A DNA stretch of 64,000 nucleotides from Verrucomicrobiia bacterium (GTDB lineage Bacteria > Verrucomicrobiota > Verrucomicrobiia > Limisphaerales > UBA1319): positions 4,160,001-4,224,000 of the forward strand of contig OY760937.1 of the NCBI GenBank assembly GCA_963664225.1. Direction: 5' to 3'. Positions 8,152 through 16,788 of the stretch are shown piece after piece. Numbering within the stretch: position 1 is the first letter of the stretch; every line of letters begins with the position of its first letter. Both the position numbers and the translations under genes were made by a program. The notes under the pieces were generated by a model. That model saw only the letters and a program-made list of their open reading frames with translations. It was not told the origin of the DNA and did not search any database.

Positions 8152-10518
8152 TCACCGGACGATTAGCGCATCCACAGCCACCGGCCCGGGACCGCGATTG
8201 ACGATGTTAATGGCGTGTTTGCCTGACACCAGGCCGGTCACTTCGCACACTGCCTGCCGGGCCTGGCGCGCGCCGATAATGGACAAATCCACCGTTGCGC
8301 GCGTTTGGCCGTCAATCTGAATTTCGATTTTTCCGGCTCCGGGTTCTTTCGGGGCGATGACTGAGACACTGCTGCCGGTGAATGAACAGCTCCAAACCAC
8401 GCCGGGGGTGTCACTTGTCGTGATGTCATTGTTGAAGTCGCCGGCGCCCAGGTTGCAGCGGCGAAGCCAGCCGGGCGCCACTGCGCCTGGGTCATCGTCA
8501 TTGAGCCAGCCTTTGTCATGCGTGATGCGCAAGACGCGGCAGGCGGAAGCCAGCGATTGATTGGTGATGCCCGCCAGCGGCTGCGGCGTTCCGCCGGGCG
8601 CCACGGTCAAACCTTGATCATTTTGCACAAACGACAGCGGGACATCGGAACCGAGGAGTTCGACTTTCGACACTTGGCCCAATGTCGCCCCGCCGGCACG
8701 CAGGGCTTTGAGCGTGATCGGGCCGTTGGTCCAATTCATCAAGGCGGCATAGACGTTGCCGTTGTTGCGCGTGTAACAGATGGCATTGGCCTCTTCCTGA
8801 CAGACTTCAAATGGACGCGAACCATAGACCGCTTCGCCGTTGATTTTCAACCAGGCACCGATGTCTTTGGCAATTTGAATCACCTGTGGATCCAGATCGC
8901 CGCGGCCATGCTGGGTGAGGTTGAGCAAGAGCGTGCCGTTGCGCGAAACGTTCTGCATCAACAAACCGATTATTTTTTTCGCGTCCATGTATCGTTGCCC
9001 GGCCTTGTAGTGCCAGTCGGCGACGGTGGTTTCGGTCTGGAATGAATAGGGCATAATTTCCGGCTCGATGTCGGACTCGCTGCTCTTGACCAGGGCGCGT
9101 TCCACGAAGGGAATCAGTTCGGGGCTGTTTTTAAAGCTGTTGTAACGCCCACCGATGCACTTGAGGTTGATCACAACATCCAACTTCCCAGGCTTCCACT
9201 TCAAGGATTGGTTGTAGTAGTTTGCGACGAGCGGCGGAGCGAGAAAACCCAGCCCCATCTTGACACCCAAATCCAGCAGGGTGTCGCCCCCAGCCTCGTC
9301 AAAATAGATCGCGTCGGGATGATATTTGGAGATCGCGTCATCCACGCGCCACATAAATTGATTGGCGAAGGGCGAGAACAAGGGGTCCTTGTTGTTGTGA
9401 ACCGGCCCGTAAAGGTCCACCGGATCCATGCCCTCCCACCACGTGCCTTTTCCGTCGCGGATCGTTAGGAGCGCATCGTAGGGCACGCCTTTTTTTTGGC
9501 CTTTTTTGTCGCTGGTGTAACGCACCGGCATGAATTGGCCCCACGTCCGGGGCGGAGAGGCGTGAAAGCCGATGCCAAACCGGATTCCCTTCTGGCGCGC
9601 GGCCTTTTCCCATGTGCCGATGACATCCACCTTGGGGCCGACGCGGACGGAGTTCCAGGGTTGATAGGCTGAATCCCAGCAATCGAAGTTGTCGTGGTGA
9701 ACGCCCATCGCCATGAAATAACGGGCTCCCATTTCGGTGTAAAGGTTCATCAACTCGTTTGGATTCCAGCGGTCAATGACCCAGTTGTGGCAAATGTCCT
9801 TGTAACCGTATTCCGATGGATGGCCGAAGTTTTTGACGTGATAATTATACTGTGGATGGCCCTCCTGATACATGCCGCGCGAATACCAATCGCCATACTC
9901 GGGCATGGACTGCGGGTCCCAATGGGCCCACGCGCCAAACTTGGCCTCGCGCCACCACTCCGGCACGGTGTAACTCCGGCTGATCGCCTTCCAGTCGGGT
10001 GAATAAGGACCGGCGGCCACCGGCAAAGGCGGCAGGTTCCAAATATCCGGCGGCAACCCCAAATCTCCGTTGCCGACGATGATGCGATCAATGTTCACCG
10101 CGACATCGTTGGTCGCCAGACGGATGGTCAGCGTGGCCCTGGCGGGAATCGCCAGTTCAATGATTGCATTGAGAAAAGAATTGGTGAGAGCCCCGGAGGA
10201 ATGAACATTCACCTTGCGCGCCGGTTGGTCGTTGACTGCGACGCTGATCGTCCCCACCTCCACCGACGCATAGCGAATCGCCAATTTGCTGGCAGCCGGC
10301 AGGCGGGTGAACTTGAGGCCCTGGCCGGGTTTGCACAAACCGACCAAAGAAGCTCCGGAGGCTCCGAGGTCGGCCACCTTGGACGCCCCAGCGACACGTT
10401 TGGCGGCTTCCGCCTCGATCATGTGCTTGTCGGCAGCGACGGCAGAAACGGAAGCGGAAAGTAAAAATAAGGATGCAACAACAAGAAACCGCAGGTCATG
10501 GAACAATTTGCAGCGCAT
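8152..10518 (-). CDS. Alpha-L-fucosidase (GH29) with accessory beta-sandwich domains
   Basis: PEWWREAKFGAWAHW, HHDNFDCWDS, IYFD (nucleophile), VSRNGTLLLN and WLKINGEAVYGSRP motifs; signal peptide after M at 10518. Confidence 0.88.
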   Translation of the reverse strand: MRCKLFHDLRFLVVASLFLLSASVSAVAADKHMIEAEAAKRVAGASKVADLGASGASLVGLCKPGQGLKFTRLPAASKLAIRYASVEVGTISVAVNDQPARKVNVHSSGALTNSFLNAIIELAIPARATLTIRLATNDVAVNIDRIIVGNGDLGLPPDIWNLPPLPVAAGPYSPDWKAISRSYTVPEWWREAKFGAWAHWDPQSMPEYGDWYSRGMYQEGHPQYNYHVKNFGHPSEYGYKDICHNWVIDRWNPNELMNLYTEMGARYFMAMGVHHDNFDCWDSAYQPWNSVRVGPKVDVIGTWEKAARQKGIRFGIGFHASPPRTWGQFMPVRYTSDKKGQKKGVPYDALLTIRDGKGTWWEGMDPVDLYGPVHNNKDPLFSPFANQFMWRVDDAISKYHPDAIYFDEAGGDTLLDLGVKMGLGFLAPPLVANYYNQSLKWKPGKLDVVINLKCIGGRYNSFKNSPELIPFVERALVKSSESDIEPEIMPYSFQTETTVADWHYKAGQRYMDAKKIIGLLMQNVSRNGTLLLNLTQHGRGDLDPQVIQIAKDIGAWLKINGEAVYGSRPFEVCQEEANAICYTRNNGNVYAALMNWTNGPITLKALRAGGATLGQVSKVELLGSDVPLSFVQNDQGLTVAPGGTPQPLAGITNQSLASACRVLRITHDKGWLNDDDPGAVAPGWLRRCNLGAGDFNNDITTSDTPGVVWSCSFTGSSVSVIAPKEPGAGKIEIQIDGQTRATVDLSIIGARQARQAVCEVTGLVSGKHAINIVNRGPGPVAVDALIVR

Positions 10519-10524
10519 GAAGAC

Positions 10525-10553
10525 ATTTTGCCAATCGGGTGATCGGTTGTCAA
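10525..10553 (-). promoter_or_regulatory. sigma70 promoter, probably leaderless
   Basis: Minus strand TTGACA-N17-CAAAAT, then 6 nt to ATG 10518. Confidence 0.6.
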
Positions 10554-10670
10554 AATTGATATTCCAGAGGCGCGAAAGCCGCAAAAAAGCAAAAAATCGC
10601 CGGATGGGTCAATACTTGCAGTAGGCAAACGGCATGGACCCCACCCTTACACTGGGACCAATCGAACCAA

Positions 10671-11567
10671 TCATTTCCCGCGGGACGAAATGGTTAATCC
10701 GCCGCCTGATGGGGCGTCGTTTTCGAGGCGTCGCAATAATTCCTGGACGATTTCCTGGAAGACAGGTCTTTTACGCATCACCTCGGGCGGTTCGTCCGGG
10801 CGGGGCACATCGAGAGTTTCCACCAGGCGACCCGGGTTGGCCGCCATGCGGAAGACGCGGTCGCCCAGATAGACGGCTTCCTCGACGGAATGGGTGACAA
10901 TGAAGACGGTGGATTCCTGCTCCTTCCAGAGTTGGACGAGCAGTTCCTGCATGTTGAGGCGGATCTTGGGGTCCAGCGCGCCGAAAGGTTCGTCCATCAA
11001 CAAAATCTTGGGGCCAAGAATGAGGGTGGCCGCAATGGAGACGCGCTGCTGCATTCCGCCGGAAAGCTCGGATGGATATTTGGATTCCGCGCCTTCGAGG
11101 CCGACCTTCTTCACCCATTCGTGGGCGCGATCCGTGCGTTCGCGGCGTCCCATGCCACGGAGCATCAGGCCGAAGGCAATGTTCTCCAGCACGGTGAGGT
11201 GGGGCATGAGCGAGTATTTCTGGTCCACCATTCCACGCTCGGAACTGGGGCTTACAATAGGTTTGCCAAATGCGATGATTTCGCCGGTTGTTTGCGGAAA
11301 ATGAGGTGTCAGGGCCGCGAGCATTCGCAGGAGGGTGGATTTCCCGCAGCCTGAAGGCCCGACGATGGCGATGAGTTCGCCGACATTGGGCAGGTCGTGA
11401 ATGACGAAGGAGATGTCCTGCAACGCAACTTTCGCCTGGTTGCCTTCGCCGAATTTCTTGGTCACGTTTTTGAATACGACCAATTCAGGCAGCCCGGTTT
11501 TAGACGACACAGCGGGATCTGTCGGGCCAGTTGAATCGGGCTTGGTTTCGGATGCGGGGGTGTCCAT
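10671..11567 (-). CDS. ABC ATP-binding protein, NitT/TauT (TauB/SsuB-like)
   Basis: Walker A GPSGCGKST, signature LSGGMQQR, Walker B LLMDEPFGALD and VTH switch. Confidence 0.92.
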   Translation of the reverse strand: MDTPASETKPDSTGPTDPAVSSKTGLPELVVFKNVTKKFGEGNQAKVALQDISFVIHDLPNVGELIAIVGPSGCGKSTLLRMLAALTPHFPQTTGEIIAFGKPIVSPSSERGMVDQKYSLMPHLTVLENIAFGLMLRGMGRRERTDRAHEWVKKVGLEGAESKYPSELSGGMQQRVSIAATLILGPKILLMDEPFGALDPKIRLNMQELLVQLWKEQESTVFIVTHSVEEAVYLGDRVFRMAANPGRLVETLDVPRPDEPPEVMRKRPVFQEIVQELLRRLENDAPSGGGLTISSRGK

Positions 11568-11572
11568 GCGGT

Positions 11573-12433
11573 TCAGTTGACGTAACGATAGGGGAACAGA
11601 ATCCGGCCGCCGAGCTTCCACAATTGGTCGCAGGCGACGGCGATGGCGACGATGACGATGATGATGGCAAACATGGAGGCCGTGTGGCCTCGGCGTTCGG
11701 AGATGGAGATGAGATAGCCCAGGCCTTGCTCGGCATTGACCACTTCAGCCAGGATGATCCAGCCCCAACCCACGCCGTACACCCCGCGCAAATGATCCCA
11801 GATATCCGCCTTGGCCACCGGAAACAAGACGTGGCGAACGATCTGCCATTGCGAGGCGCCCTTGGTCACGGCCACATCGATATAGGCGGACGGAACGTCC
11901 GTGATGGTCTTGATGACCAGGGGCAGGAGCGCGACAAAACAGCCGATGAACAGGAACCCAACCTTCTGGGTTTCGGTCAGCCCGAACCAAGCGAGAGTCA
12001 AAGGGACGAATACGACGATCGGCACATAGGAGCCAATGAGCGCGAGCGGACGGAAGAAGGCCGACATGGGAGGAAAGGTGGCCATGTAAACGCCCAATGG
12101 GACCGCAACGATGGCCGCCAGCGTGAAGCCCGTGGTCACGCGCATGAACGAGATCAAGGCGCTACGGACCAAAGCCTGCTCAAAGTGCAGCCGGGGAAAA
12201 GCCGCCAACACCTCGACCGGGCTGGGAAGAATGAGCGGCATGACGATCCGGTCCTCCATGCGCTCGCCACGCGTTACAAACCACCACGCCAGCATCATGA
12301 CTCCAACAAAGGCCGCTGTCAGGGCCAGGCCGCGCGTTTCGGGCAGCGTTTTGCGCACGTTCAGACCGCCGAAGCGCACCACGGCGGTCAGAAGTGTGAC
12401 AAAAACCACCGCAAAGATGAAAAACCCCGTCAT
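11573..12433 (-). CDS. ABC permease, TauC/SsuC-like
   Basis: Multiple TM helices, ILPSPVEV, EAA-like loop YIDVAVTKGASQWQI and AEVVNAEQGLGY. Confidence 0.9.
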   Translation of the reverse strand: MTGFFIFAVVFVTLLTAVVRFGGLNVRKTLPETRGLALTAAFVGVMMLAWWFVTRGERMEDRIVMPLILPSPVEVLAAFPRLHFEQALVRSALISFMRVTTGFTLAAIVAVPLGVYMATFPPMSAFFRPLALIGSYVPIVVFVPLTLAWFGLTETQKVGFLFIGCFVALLPLVIKTITDVPSAYIDVAVTKGASQWQIVRHVLFPVAKADIWDHLRGVYGVGWGWIILAEVVNAEQGLGYLISISERRGHTASMFAIIIVIVAIAVACDQLWKLGGRILFPYRYVN

Positions 12434-14202
12434 TATTCTTTCTCCAAGGGGAAGACTTTGACTTCAACACGGCGGTTTTTGCGGTTGTGATCCACATTGC
12501 TGGGATCGGTCATGCCCGGTAGCGGATTATCCCAACCATTGCCGATGACCTTGAATTTATTCGGGTCGAATTTGTATTTGGCGATGATGGCTTTCCGCAC
12601 GGAATCCGCGCGATCATAGGAGAGTTGACGCACGAGGTCGGCGGGAACCACGCCCTTGCGGCTGGCGTCGGTGTTGCCTTCGACCACAACGTAGGCGTTG
12701 CCGAACGAACCGGCCATCTTGCTGATTTCCTCCAGGGTGGCGGGAATCGTGGCATCATACTCCGCATTGAGCGTCGATTTGTTTGGCTCGAAGGAAATGA
12801 TGACGGCCTTGGTCAGGATTTCGCTGGAATCGGCTTCCGCCGTCTTGAACAAGGCGCCCGGCTTGAAGGTTGGCTGTGAGAGATCGCGAGTCTCCTTGTA
12901 TTCCTCGGACATTTTGGCCAGAACGCCCGCCGCCTTGACCTTCGCCGCTTGAGCCGGGACGTCGATTGCGCCGAGGGATTTGTAGATCGTCGAAGCCCGG
13001 TTCCAGACCACTTCGAAATTGGCCGGGTTCATCGGGTCCAGGAAGAAATTGGAATTCTCCCGGTAATTGGCCAGATGGGCGTCGCCTTCGCTGATACCGC
13101 CGTCCTTGCCGATCATGTTCTGGCAATCCTCGACGGGCAGTTTATAGGCGGCGGACAGGATGCGGGCTGCGCCTGGAACGTCTTTGCGGACCATGTCCAT
13201 GCCTTCGAAAATACCGCGCACCAGGTTGGCCGCGATATCAGGGTGATCCCGGTAGAAATCGTTGCGCAAGGCCCAGACGTCCGCGATCAAATGATTGGCC
13301 GCCGCAGTGCTGACCACGAGGCGGGTTCCGGTTACCTGCTCGGACACGGTGTAAATGTCCGGGGACCAACCAACAAAGGCGTCAAACGAGGTGTCCTGAA
13401 CAAAGATTTTTGCCGCAGCCGGAGCGTCCCCCGCCCATTTGAAATCGACCTGCGCGGGATCGATCCCCGCGTCGATGAGTAGGGACATGATCAGGTAATG
13501 GCTGGGTGAGTTTTGAGCCAGAACCACTTTGCGGCGCTTGCCATCCTTCATGCGAAAATCGTTGATGCTCCGAATATCGCCACGGGCCACAATACCGTCA
13601 CCACCAGACGACCAGTCCACCTGCTGGCAAATGACGGGGACGGTGCGGGAGTCCTTGACCAGTTCGGGCGCGAAGAGGGCCATCATATCGAGTGTGCCCC
13701 AGAGGACATGGCTGTGACCGCTGGCGAAGAGGTCACGGGCCTTGACCGGATCATCGACCAGCGAAAGCTTCACGTAGAAGCCATATTTCTTGAAAAAGAT
13801 GCTTCCTTCGTTGGGCTCCATACCGTTGTTGGCGACGATGATCGGCGCCCAACCCGGCCAGACGTTGATTGGAAATTGAACGATGAGTTTGCCATCTTTC
13901 ATCGGCTTGTCGTAATCGCTGACGCCGCTGACCGATGGAATGGCGGAACCATCGACCAGGGAGACCGCCTTGTCGCCGGCCAGCAACTTGCTGGTGACGT
14001 CGGTGGCGGGTTTGGCCGGCTGCCCGGCTGAGGGCGCGCCTGTCGGTTTGTTGGCGTCCAGGGCCTGTTTAATTGCCGCCGTGTCGAGGGACGGATTGGA
14101 GGATTTGCCGGTGGGGGCGATTTTATCCCACCAACGATAGGTGCCGAATCCGGCCACAGCCAGGATCAACAGCGTTAATACGATTTTTCCGCGAGCAGTC
14201 AT
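12433..14202 (-). CDS. NMT1/SsuA-like solute-binding protein fused to a C-terminal OmpA-like peptidoglycan-binding domain
   Basis: N-terminal TM anchor; WPGWAP, DWSSGGDGIVA and IADV SBP motifs; C-terminal FEPNKSTL, VEGNTD, LSYDRA and NRRVEV OmpA motifs. Confidence 0.85.
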   Translation of the reverse strand: MTARGKIVLTLLILAVAGFGTYRWWDKIAPTGKSSNPSLDTAAIKQALDANKPTGAPSAGQPAKPATDVTSKLLAGDKAVSLVDGSAIPSVSGVSDYDKPMKDGKLIVQFPINVWPGWAPIIVANNGMEPNEGSIFFKKYGFYVKLSLVDDPVKARDLFASGHSHVLWGTLDMMALFAPELVKDSRTVPVICQQVDWSSGGDGIVARGDIRSINDFRMKDGKRRKVVLAQNSPSHYLIMSLLIDAGIDPAQVDFKWAGDAPAAAKIFVQDTSFDAFVGWSPDIYTVSEQVTGTRLVVSTAAANHLIADVWALRNDFYRDHPDIAANLVRGIFEGMDMVRKDVPGAARILSAAYKLPVEDCQNMIGKDGGISEGDAHLANYRENSNFFLDPMNPANFEVVWNRASTIYKSLGAIDVPAQAAKVKAAGVLAKMSEEYKETRDLSQPTFKPGALFKTAEADSSEILTKAVIISFEPNKSTLNAEYDATIPATLEEISKMAGSFGNAYVVVEGNTDASRKGVVPADLVRQLSYDRADSVRKAIIAKYKFDPNKFKVIGNGWDNPLPGMTDPSNVDHNRKNRRVEVKVFPLEKE

Positions 14203-14265
14203 AATTCTAGTCCTTTCAAGTACGGCTTCAAGGGTTCTGGGATCAACGGCGCAAAAGGGTCTGGC

Positions 14266-15027
14266 TCATTTCTCGGCGATTTTCTGGCGATCCTCCTTGG
14301 GAGGCGCGGCAACAGCCGGGGCGGCATCGGCCTGAACCATGCCCATCTTTTTCTTGTATTCCTGGAACAACATCGCGCCCCGGGCCTTGCGCATGTCCTG
14401 CTGGCGTTGGACGTTGGAGCCCATTTCCTTGGCCAGGTCCAGCGTCGCGCGCATCTGGCCTTCACCCGCCGCTGCGGATTGCCTGAGCTGCTGCATGGAT
14501 TGGCCCAATTCGCCACCCATCATGCCCTGCAATTCCGTGATGGAGCCCTTCATCAGGCTGGCCAGGTTTTCGAGCGAACGGCCCACAGCCACGCGGACTT
14601 TGACCTGCTCGAAATCGCGCTGGAATTTCTGAATTTCGCGCAAACTCTGGGCGATGATCTGGGTGTTCTGCTGGTAAAGCTCTTCAAGGCTGTTGAGCTG
14701 GGACTTGTTGTCTTCCAAGTCCTTCTCCACATCGGAGAGTTGCTCGGCGTAATGCGCACCGTTGGCATCGTCATTGGCCGCCGCCGCCGCCTGGACCAGA
14801 CCCTGCAAGTCCTCACGTCCTCGCTCCTGGCGTTTGACCTGGTCCTTGAGCAGGGCGATCTGGCCGGCCAGTTGGCCATTGGCGTAATGGGCCTTGTCGG
14901 CCTTGGCCTTGGCATCGCGAATGCCCCGTTCCACCACGGCCTGATTGATCGCGTCGGTTTCGGTGGCTTTTTCGGCAGCCAGCCCCATCCAGATGAACAG
15001 CCGTTTGATGGCTCTAAAGATACCCAT
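14266..15027 (-). CDS. PspA/IM30 (Vipp1, ESCRT-III superfamily)-like protein
   Basis: Amphipathic N-terminus MGIFRAIKRLF, long coiled coil with AAAAANDDANGAHYA turn, 253 aa, terminal helix then Ala/Pro tail. Confidence 0.75.
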   Translation of the reverse strand: MGIFRAIKRLFIWMGLAAEKATETDAINQAVVERGIRDAKAKADKAHYANGQLAGQIALLKDQVKRQERGREDLQGLVQAAAAANDDANGAHYAEQLSDVEKDLEDNKSQLNSLEELYQQNTQIIAQSLREIQKFQRDFEQVKVRVAVGRSLENLASLMKGSITELQGMMGGELGQSMQQLRQSAAAGEGQMRATLDLAKEMGSNVQRQQDMRKARGAMLFQEYKKKMGMVQADAAPAVAAPPKEDRQKIAEK

Positions 15028-15039
15028 ATTCGTCGATTG

Positions 15040-15795
15040 TTAGTTGGTTGTTGATTTTGCGGGGGCCGCTTTGGCCGGAGGTTCCTCCTCTTCGAGTAGA
15101 ATCTTCTTTTCGAAAATGTAGGTCAACTGCGATTCAAGCTGGGTTGCATTGGAGGCGCTGACCACAGTGGCCCCCTGTTTCTTAAGGGGATTAAACACGG
15201 CGGCGTCCACGTCAAAAGCGATGACATGGGTCTGAAACGCGGTATTGGCGCTTTCTGCGGCGGTTTTAAGTTTGGGCAGCACGGCATCGGGACTTGGTCC
15301 GGTGGTATTCATGCCATCGGTGACAATGAGGACATGTTTGTGCGTCAGCGGTGATCGAATGAGGGTTTGTGCGGCCAGGCTTAGGGAATTGCCCAGGGGG
15401 GTATTGCCATCGGGACCTTTGTACTGGGTGATCCAATCGCGAAATGGCTGCGGATTGAATGGGCCAAAGGGGACCGCAAATTTGGGAGTTCCTTGATTGA
15501 AGACAATCAGGCCGGCGTTAACTTTTCGAGGGGCGCCTTCAGAAGCCGCTTTCTGGTAGGCCTCCAACCGGTTCAGGATTTTACCCAGCGCCCGATTGGC
15601 GATGATGTACTTTGGAGCTGCCTGGCCATTTTGGTCCCGGACAGTTTCACGCATGCTTCCAGAGGTATCGCAAACGATGACCAGGGAAACACCTTCCTGC
15701 GGGGCGGGCTGGTCGGCGGCAAAGGAGGCCATTGCGCATGTCAAGCCTAGCAATGCGGCTAAAAGCGCTCCCGGCCTTGAGTTGGTTGGATTCAT
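15040..15795 (-). CDS. Secreted von Willebrand factor A domain protein
   Basis: Signal peptide; MIDAS elements DTSGS, GNTPLG and IVTDG. Confidence 0.88.
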   Translation of the reverse strand: MNPTNSRPGALLAALLGLTCAMASFAADQPAPQEGVSLVIVCDTSGSMRETVRDQNGQAAPKYIIANRALGKILNRLEAYQKAASEGAPRKVNAGLIVFNQGTPKFAVPFGPFNPQPFRDWITQYKGPDGNTPLGNSLSLAAQTLIRSPLTHKHVLIVTDGMNTTGPSPDAVLPKLKTAAESANTAFQTHVIAFDVDAAVFNPLKKQGATVVSASNATQLESQLTYIFEKKILLEEEEPPAKAAPAKSTTN

Positions 15796-15821
15796 ATCTT
15801 AGCTTGTGCAAGACTAACCAT

Positions 15822-15851
15822 AGTTTAGCAGTTTAAAACCTTCACTGTCAA
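15822..15851 (-). promoter_or_regulatory. sigma70 promoter of the vWA-PspA-ABC operon
   Basis: Minus strand TTGACA-N18-TAAACT with extended -10 TG, followed by an imperfect inverted repeat at 15799-15817. Confidence 0.55.
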
Positions 15852-16239
15852 ACAATAACCCAGTCCCAATCCGGTAATTCGGAGAGGGTCTGCTTGAACT
15901 AATATAAACCAGCCGAACAGATTGGCCTTTATAAAAACCTCTCCTGTTTATACCTGCATCGATCAAAAGCCGGTTTGAAGATATGGCTTGCCGGGATGTC
16001 AGCAAGATTTGCAAAGCGTTGACGACTGTCCAAAACCCAAGCCGCATAAAAAATGATGCCAAATGTGTTTTGTGCTGGAAATCCATGCGGCGGTGGATTA
16101 TAGATACCCGGGTTCCCCAGCGGTTACCGGACGGTTCATAGGCAAGAGCGGATATGGAAGATGGACACGGCGTCTTGCGGCGGGCGCGCGGTCCGGAACT
16201 CGCGGGAAATAGCATGTAAAACAACCAACCGAGCTGATT

Positions 16240-16758
16240 ATGGATATAACATTCAACTGCCCCAATTGCAAACAAGAGATGTTGGTGGACGCCGAGGACG
16301 TGGGACGCGAGGTGGAGTGTCCATCCTGCGGGGCGAGTATCACCATTCCCGGAGAGGAAGCTGCGGAAGCACGGCCAGCGGCCGAGGCTCCAGTAGAGCA
16401 GCAGCCTTCAGCCGTGCATCCCGTCAATGCAATGGCCTCTTCTGCCGCAGCCAAGGAATCCAAGCATTATGCGGTGCCAGCGCATGATGCGCCGACCGAG
16501 GTGCTCATCAGCAAGCCGAATAAGCCGCTGGAAGTCGCGGCCAAAGAGACGGATAAGAAATTAAGAATCCGGACCATCCGGCGCACGGATTGCGTGGAAG
16601 TAGGGAAGGATCTGTTCGATCAAAGGGTCTCTGACTTTCTGCAACAAGTGGGTGAGACCAATGTGGTCAGCATCAATTCCATTGCCTATACCCACGTGGA
16701 TTTGGGATCCCATCAGTTAATGACGGATTTCGGCGTCATGATTGTTTTTAAGGGGTAA
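16240..16758 (+). CDS. Zinc-ribbon domain protein
   Basis: N-terminal CPNC...CPSC, low-complexity linker and an ordered-looking C-terminal domain. Confidence 0.75.
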   Translation: MDITFNCPNCKQEMLVDAEDVGREVECPSCGASITIPGEEAAEARPAAEAPVEQQPSAVHPVNAMASSAAAKESKHYAVPAHDAPTEVLISKPNKPLEVAAKETDKKLRIRTIRRTDCVEVGKDLFDQRVSDFLQQVGETNVVSINSIAYTHVDLGSHQLMTDFGVMIVFKG

Positions 16759-16788
16759 ATCGCCCCAGACAACAAAGATCCAACTATT

